The notes beneath the pieces were generated by a model. It was not told where the DNA came from, ran no database searches, and worked only from the letters and a program-made list of their open reading frames with translations. A DNA stretch of 64,000 nucleotides from Minisyncoccota bacterium (GTDB lineage: Bacteria; Patescibacteriota; Minisyncoccia; Phycocordibacterales; UBA9973), in assembly GCA_041664285.1 (NCBI GenBank), contig JBAYLA010000002.1, forward strand, positions 1,349 to 65,348, read 5' to 3'. The stretch's first letter is position 1. Each line of letters starts with the position of its first letter. Both the position numbers and the translations under genes were made by a program. Positions 58,685 through 64,000 of the stretch are shown here, piece after piece.

Positions 58685-60094
58685 ATGAGTGAATTAAAAG
58701 AAAAGTGTGGAATTGTAGGAATATATGGTAAGAATTTACCTGTCTCAAGGCTCGCCTTTTTTTCTTTATTTGCATTACAACATAGAGGACAAGAAGCATC
58801 CGGTATAACTACTAGTGATGGGAAAAATCTTTATACTCACAAGGGTGCAGGATTAGTGCCTCAAGTTTATACAGAAAAAAACATCGAAGACTTAAAAGGT
58901 TATATAGCTATCGGACATAATAGATACTCAACTTCTGGTGGTGGAGCGTTAGACCATGCTCAACCCATTTTAAATAATAAGATTAATAAAGATGCTACTT
59001 TTGCTTTAGCTCATAATGGAAATTTACCAAGTGTTAAAAAACTTGAAAAGTTTTTAGCTTCTAAAAAAGCCTTACAGAAAAATCGAATGGACTCTGAGCT
59101 CATTACTGATGCAATTGATGTTTATATAAAAGAAGGTAATACAATCGCCAGATCTGTAGAAAAAATTTTTCCACTAATTACCGGAGCCTTTTCATTAGTA
59201 ATGATGGATAAAGATACCTTGGTGGCTATACGAGATACTTATGGAATGCGCCCGCTTTCATTGGGTAGGTTTGGCCATGGTTATGTGGTTGCATCAGAAA
59301 CATGCGCCCTTCAAACCATTGGAGCAACATTTATAAGAGATATTAAGCCAGGGGAAATGGTTGTCATAAATAAAAATGAATTAAAAAGCAAACAATTAGC
59401 GCCATCAAATCCAAAGCACGACATCTTTGAATACGTTTATTTTGCTCGACCAGACAGTGTCCTTTCCGGTAAATTAATTTACGACGTCAGAAAAAACTTT
59501 GGAAAAGCTCTGGCTGATGAATTTAAATTAAAAGTAGATGCTATTGTGCCAGTGCCTGATACTGCCACTCCTGTTGCTTTAGGCTACAGTAAGGCAACAG
59601 GAATTCCAATTGAAATGGCTTTAGTGAAAAATCGCTATGTCCATAGAACTTTCATCGAACCTGACCAGAAATCTCGTCGAAAAAGTGTTGCTCTTAAGCT
59701 CATACCACTTCCTTCTGTTTTAAAAGGTAAAAAAATAGCAGTCATAGATGATTCGATAGTCAGAGGAAATACCTCTAAAAAATTAGTGGAAACACTTTTT
59801 AAATCAGGAGCTAAAGAAGTACATTTTTTGGTTTCTTCTCCACCAATACGTTTTCCAGACTTTTATGGGATGGATACTCCAAATCAAAATGAATTAATTG
59901 CTTCTAATAAAACCATCGAAGAGACTCGTAAATTTCTCGGGGCTACCTCATTAAATTATCTTTCTCTCGGTGGGCTAATAAAATCTGTCGGTCTTCCAAA
60001 GAATCATATATCGACTTCATGTTTTACGGGTATTTATCCTATTGATTTAAAGGAACGTAAAGATGAGGTAAATTACGATGTCCCAAATAAATAA
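58685..60094 (+). CDS. purF: amidophosphoribosyltransferase
   Basis: N-terminal CGIVGIYG, PRTase motif VIDDSIVRGNTS. Confidence 0.9.
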   Translation: MSELKEKCGIVGIYGKNLPVSRLAFFSLFALQHRGQEASGITTSDGKNLYTHKGAGLVPQVYTEKNIEDLKGYIAIGHNRYSTSGGGALDHAQPILNNKINKDATFALAHNGNLPSVKKLEKFLASKKALQKNRMDSELITDAIDVYIKEGNTIARSVEKIFPLITGAFSLVMMDKDTLVAIRDTYGMRPLSLGRFGHGYVVASETCALQTIGATFIRDIKPGEMVVINKNELKSKQLAPSNPKHDIFEYVYFARPDSVLSGKLIYDVRKNFGKALADEFKLKVDAIVPVPDTATPVALGYSKATGIPIEMALVKNRYVHRTFIEPDQKSRRKSVALKLIPLPSVLKGKKIAVIDDSIVRGNTSKKLVETLFKSGAKEVHFLVSSPPIRFPDFYGMDTPNQNELIASNKTIEETRKFLGATSLNYLSLGGLIKSVGLPKNHISTSCFTGIYPIDLKERKDEVNYDVPNK

Positions 60095-60704
60095 AACATC
60101 TAATAATTTAAAATTGGTGGTATTAATTTCTGATACTGGTACGGGTACCAATCTTCAAGCAATAATTGATGGAATTAACGCAGGTAAAATTAAAGCAGAA
60201 ATCTGTACGATAATTTCTGATACTGAAAATGCCCTAGGATTAGAACACGCTAAAAAATACAATATAAAAATTGAAATATGCTTTAAAAAAGAAAATTTAT
60301 TAGCACTTTTACAAAGACTGAACCCCGACTATGTTTGTCTAGCAGGCTGGAAACAAATTATATTAGACGAAGTAATTATCGCTTTTCACAACAAAATTAT
60401 AAATTTACATCCTGGTTTAATTCCAGACACAGTTGATGGAAATGTTAAAAATCCAGATGGAACAATTGCGCTTTGGAACAAAGGCATGTTAACAGATAAG
60501 GCGATTGCTAACTTTTTAGATAAAAAAGTTACCTTTGCCGGTTCCTCAATTCATTTTTTAACTTTAAACTTTGATTTCGGTCCAGTCTTAGGCAGAACTT
60601 TTGAAAAAGTTGAACCCAATGATAATGTTGAATCTCTATACACAAGACTTAAGAAAAAAGAAAACGAATTGTATGTAGAAGTTTTAGAAAAATTATGTAA
60701 ATAA
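60078..60704 (+). CDS. purN: phosphoribosylglycinamide formyltransferase
   Basis: KLVVLISDTGTGTNLQAIID start and formyl-transferase core; overlaps the purF end. Confidence 0.8.
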   Translation: MSQINKTSNNLKLVVLISDTGTGTNLQAIIDGINAGKIKAEICTIISDTENALGLEHAKKYNIKIEICFKKENLLALLQRLNPDYVCLAGWKQIILDEVIIAFHNKIINLHPGLIPDTVDGNVKNPDGTIALWNKGMLTDKAIANFLDKKVTFAGSSIHFLTLNFDFGPVLGRTFEKVEPNDNVESLYTRLKKKENELYVEVLEKLCK

Positions 60705-60708
60705 TTAT

Positions 60709-61449
60709 ATGAAAATGTTTGATCGATTTGAAAAAAAAAGTATTTCCTTCGAAAAACCTACTGGTCAAAAGACAGAGGTGTACATTGTAAGTGAAATTCC
60801 TATTGATGGAGGAAGTTTTGGAAAAATTTTTAAGACTGTTATTAGAGTTGGCAATTTAGAAGAGATGTTTATAGTAAAAAAATATCGTAGCAACGGTAGT
60901 ATATGGGGAGAAGAAGGTGCTCAAAATAGTGCTCAAAATGCATTCAAAAACTACTATTTAGCCAAAAAAGCTGGATTAAAGGTATTTCCAACTTTTCGAA
61001 TAGGGGAGGATAAAAAAAGTATATTAATGACAGCTGGTTTTTCTGATGATTCAATATGTATTGGAAGTAATACTAATAAAGGCATTGCTCATTTTGAAAG
61101 ACCACGTATTAAAGAAATTGAAAACTTGGGGAAATTCTTGACTGCTATTTTTACTGAAGGGATAAAAGCAGCTAATAATAATATTTCTTTATATGACGAT
61201 ATCTTTTTCTTTATTATAAGTAAGACTGAACCGACAAAAATAGATTTTGTTCTTGGTGACCTTGATCTTTTAGAAAAATTAGAACCTATAAATGATATAA
61301 GATTAGAAAATATTAAAGTAATAAAAAGCACCTTAACTGAATTTTGTAATAATAATATTGACCCTAGTTTTTCTGATGATTTTTTTAGTAAAGTGGAAAG
61401 CTGTTACGAACAAAACAAGAATGATATAATCAACAGCTATAAAAAATAA
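60709..61449 (+). CDS. hypothetical protein with faint protein-kinase-like features
   Basis: glycine-rich DGGSFGKIFKTV followed by IVKKY, later FVLGDLDLL; speculative. Confidence 0.35.
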   Translation: MKMFDRFEKKSISFEKPTGQKTEVYIVSEIPIDGGSFGKIFKTVIRVGNLEEMFIVKKYRSNGSIWGEEGAQNSAQNAFKNYYLAKKAGLKVFPTFRIGEDKKSILMTAGFSDDSICIGSNTNKGIAHFERPRIKEIENLGKFLTAIFTEGIKAANNNISLYDDIFFFIISKTEPTKIDFVLGDLDLLEKLEPINDIRLENIKVIKSTLTEFCNNNIDPSFSDDFFSKVESCYEQNKNDIINSYKK

Positions 61450-61452
61450 TTT

Positions 61453-62190
61453 ATGCAAATAAAAAAGCAGAAAATTAGTTTTTTGAGCAAAAAGCAAAAG
61501 ATCCAAGGAACCCTTGTGATGCCAGTTAAGATGAAAAAAAAGATTCCTGGAGTTATATTTTTCCATGGAATGACAACTAGTGAAAAAAGATATATTTCAA
61601 TTGCTGAAAAATTATCTAAACTAGGTATTTGTGTAATGACTTTTAGCCTCAGGGGTCACGGTAATAGTGAAGGAAGCTTTAATAATCTTAAATTTCCGAA
61701 CGGTGTGCAAGACGGATTAAATGCCTATGATTTTCTAGTAAAACATAGCTTTGTTGATAAAAATAAAATTGGTTTATGTGGCTCAAGCGTCGGAGGTGCA
61801 ATTGTTGCTATAATTTCTAAACAAAGAAAAGTAAAAAGTTTAATTTTAAAAGCACCAGCAATATACACTAAAAAAATGATGGCCATGACTTATGATCATC
61901 TAATGAAGATAGAAAACAGGGTATTTAAAGAGATAAAAAATCCAAGCGACACCCCGGCCATAAAAGCAATTTCCCAGTTTAGGGGGAATTTATTAGTAAT
62001 ACTTTCAGAAAAAGATAATATTATTCCGATTAAAAAACAAGAACAATATTTAATAAATGCAAAAAAAGTATCAAGAAAAAAGAAGGTTATAATAAAAGGT
62101 GCCAACCATAGTCTTTCAAAGAAAAAATGGAAGGAAGAATTTGTTGAAAAAATGACAAAATGGTTTATATTAACACTTTTAAAAGTATGA
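61453..62190 (+). CDS. alpha/beta hydrolase (dienelactone-hydrolase-like)
   Basis: HGMTTS...RGHGNSEG and nucleophile elbow GSSVG; 245 aa. Confidence 0.65.
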   Translation: MQIKKQKISFLSKKQKIQGTLVMPVKMKKKIPGVIFFHGMTTSEKRYISIAEKLSKLGICVMTFSLRGHGNSEGSFNNLKFPNGVQDGLNAYDFLVKHSFVDKNKIGLCGSSVGGAIVAIISKQRKVKSLILKAPAIYTKKMMAMTYDHLMKIENRVFKEIKNPSDTPAIKAISQFRGNLLVILSEKDNIIPIKKQEQYLINAKKVSRKKKVIIKGANHSLSKKKWKEEFVEKMTKWFILTLLKV

Positions 62191-63476
62191 ATAATAAGCA
62201 AAAAATTTTAATAATTGGAAGTGGGGGAAGAGAACACGCTATCGGTTGGAAAGTTGCACAATCGCCAAAAGCAGAACAAATTTTCTTTGCGCCAGGAAAT
62301 GGTGGCACTAGTAAAATTGGAACTAATATTGATATAAAAGCCACTAATATTGTGGGACTCTTGGAATTTACAAAAAAAGAAAAGATAGATTTAACTTTGG
62401 CTCTACCAGACGATCCACTTGCCCTTGGCATTGTAGATCAATTTAAGAAAGAAGGTTTGCGAATCTGGGGTCCAAATAAGGCTGCTAGTAAGCTTGAATG
62501 GTCTAAAGCTTTTTCAAAAGACTTTATGCGTCAACATAATTTACCGACGGCTAGATTTGAAATATTTAATGATTATGAAAAAGCAAAAGAATATGTTCTA
62601 AAACAAAATCTCCCTATTGTTGTAAAGGCAAGTGGTTTAGCGCTTGGAAAAGGTGTAATTATTTGCCAAACACTAGAGGAAACAGATGAAGCACTTAAAG
62701 ATATGTTTATTAAAAAAGTTTTTGGAAATTCGGGTAATGAGGTCGTGATAGAAGAATTCATGACTGGGCCAGAAATCTCTATTCATGCATTTTCTGATGG
62801 AAAAAATTATAAAATGTTTCCAAGTTCTCAAGATCATAAGAAAATAGGAGAAAATGATGTTGGATTAAATACTGGTGGAATGGGCACAATTGCTCCGCTA
62901 CCTTTTGTGACAGAAACAGTTTTAAAAAATATTGAAGAAAATATCGTTGCTCCGACCATTGAGGCAATGGTCAAAGAAGATAATCCATTTTTAGGTGTGC
63001 TTTATCCGGGATTAATTCTTACGGAGGACGGTCCTAAAATTCTTGAATACAATGCACGTTTTGGCGACCCAGAAACTCAAACATATATGAGACTTTCAGA
63101 TGGAGATATTATAGATATTTTCAACGCATGTATTGATGGAAACTTAGATAAAATTGAAATAAAGTGGAAAAAAGGATTTGCTTGTACGATAGTACTTGCT
63201 TCAGGTGGTTATCCAGAAAATTATGAAAAAGATAAGGTGATTTCAGGAATTGAGGAGGCAGAAAAGGAATTAGATATCGTTGTTTTCCACGCTGGCACAA
63301 AAGTTGTTGGGGGAAACCTTGTTACTAATGGCGGACGAGTATTAGGAGTTTCAGCGACAGGGGACACTCTACAGGAAGCACTTGCAAAAGCCTATAAAGC
63401 AATAGAAAAAATTTCATTTGAAGGTATGCAATACCGCAGAGACATCGGCCAATCTGCTTTAAAAATCAAAAATTAA
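62187..63476 (+). CDS. purD: phosphoribosylamine--glycine ligase (start at the ATGA overlap; ORF track 62160)
   Basis: KILIIGSGGREHAIGWK N-terminus and ATP-grasp core. Confidence 0.9.
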   Translation: MNNKQKILIIGSGGREHAIGWKVAQSPKAEQIFFAPGNGGTSKIGTNIDIKATNIVGLLEFTKKEKIDLTLALPDDPLALGIVDQFKKEGLRIWGPNKAASKLEWSKAFSKDFMRQHNLPTARFEIFNDYEKAKEYVLKQNLPIVVKASGLALGKGVIICQTLEETDEALKDMFIKKVFGNSGNEVVIEEFMTGPEISIHAFSDGKNYKMFPSSQDHKKIGENDVGLNTGGMGTIAPLPFVTETVLKNIEENIVAPTIEAMVKEDNPFLGVLYPGLILTEDGPKILEYNARFGDPETQTYMRLSDGDIIDIFNACIDGNLDKIEIKWKKGFACTIVLASGGYPENYEKDKVISGIEEAEKELDIVVFHAGTKVVGGNLVTNGGRVLGVSATGDTLQEALAKAYKAIEKISFEGMQYRRDIGQSALKIKN

Positions 63477-63477
63477 T

Positions 63478-64000
63478 TTATTTATCCCAATTAAAGAAAT
63501 GTTCTCGGCCTGGGCCCGTACCGACTGAAATAATTTTCACATTCAAGTCAGAAAGTTTACTTTTTATATATTTTAAATAAGAAGAGAGTTCTTTAGAAAC
63601 TTTCTGCTTATTTTTAACACCAAAGTTGGCATTGCCCCAACCTGGCATTTCTTCTGTTTGTACATCCGTTACGTGATTTAAATAAAGTGGAAATTCTTTT
63701 AGAATTTTTCCTTTTTGCTTATATCCAGTAACTACTTTTATCTTATCACTCAAACAAATGTCAGATTTGTTGATGAAAATTTTATTCGCCCCAGATAATG
63801 CAATAGCATAACGAAGTGCAAATAAATCAAGCCATCCACACATTCTAGGTCTTCCTGTGGTTGCTCCAAATTCATTCCCAGCCTTTTGGAAAAGTTTTTC
63901 TAAAGCTTCATCTTTAATTCTAGCTGGGAAATTTCCACCTCCAACTTTGGTGGTATAAGCCTTAAGAACACCATAAATATTCCGCAAGTAAGTATGTGAG
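63478..64000 (-). CDS. purA: adenylosuccinate synthetase, C-terminal part (gene continues beyond the window end)
   Basis: ...AYTTKVGGGNFPARIKDE...GATTGRPRMCGWLDL... matches the PurA C-terminal half; the frame stays open to position 64000. Confidence 0.8.
   Translation of the reverse strand, partial: SHTYLRNIYGVLKAYTTKVGGGNFPARIKDEALEKLFQKAGNEFGATTGRPRMCGWLDLFALRYAIALSGANKIFINKSDICLSDKIKVVTGYKQKGKILKEFPLYLNHVTDVQTEEMPGWGNANFGVKNKQKVSKELSSYLKYIKSKLSDLNVKIISVGTGPGREHFFNWDK

Overview
AT-rich bacterial chromosome segment read with the standard genetic code. Long ORFs are intact and both TGA and TAA stops are used. It is dense with housekeeping genes on both strands. These include the F1 ATP synthase tail (atpA partial, atpG, atpD, atpC), argC, rsmI, a priA homolog, mreB, a holB-like gene, frr, rseP, a tandem ddl-ddl fusion next to alr, and a frameshifted rpmG. 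They continue with miaA, murA, parB, a Rel/SpoT enzyme, topA, dprA, serS, an FtsQ-like gene, dus, dnaX, a Pit phosphate transporter with its DUF47 partner, a NitT/TauT-type ABC transporter, yvcK, glmS, acs, and a purine cluster (purS-purL fusion, purQ, purF, purN, purD, purA partial). Three tRNAs are present: Trp(CCA) +, Leu(CAA) -, Gln(TTG) +. I saw no rRNA, CRISPR array, transposase or integrase. The most unusual content is as follows. (1) Two divergent paralogs of a ~570-aa protein with many CxxC motifs, one wedged between purL and purQ. (2) Downstream of tRNA-Gln, a 2.8-kb block of small unknown genes plus an MFS transporter. It is bounded by a ~78-nt direct repeat and punctuated by a short CCAGCCAGCA box that loosely echoes the tRNA-Gln 3' end. 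(3) A duplicated tRNA-Trp 3' end followed by a block of unknown, membrane and holin-like genes. (4) A CTAG-heptad leader element shared by atpC, topA and serS. (5) A perfect 18-bp inverted repeat embedded in-frame in atpG. (6) An L33 gene broken at an A6 run. (7) A PriA homolog lacking the helicase ATPase motifs.
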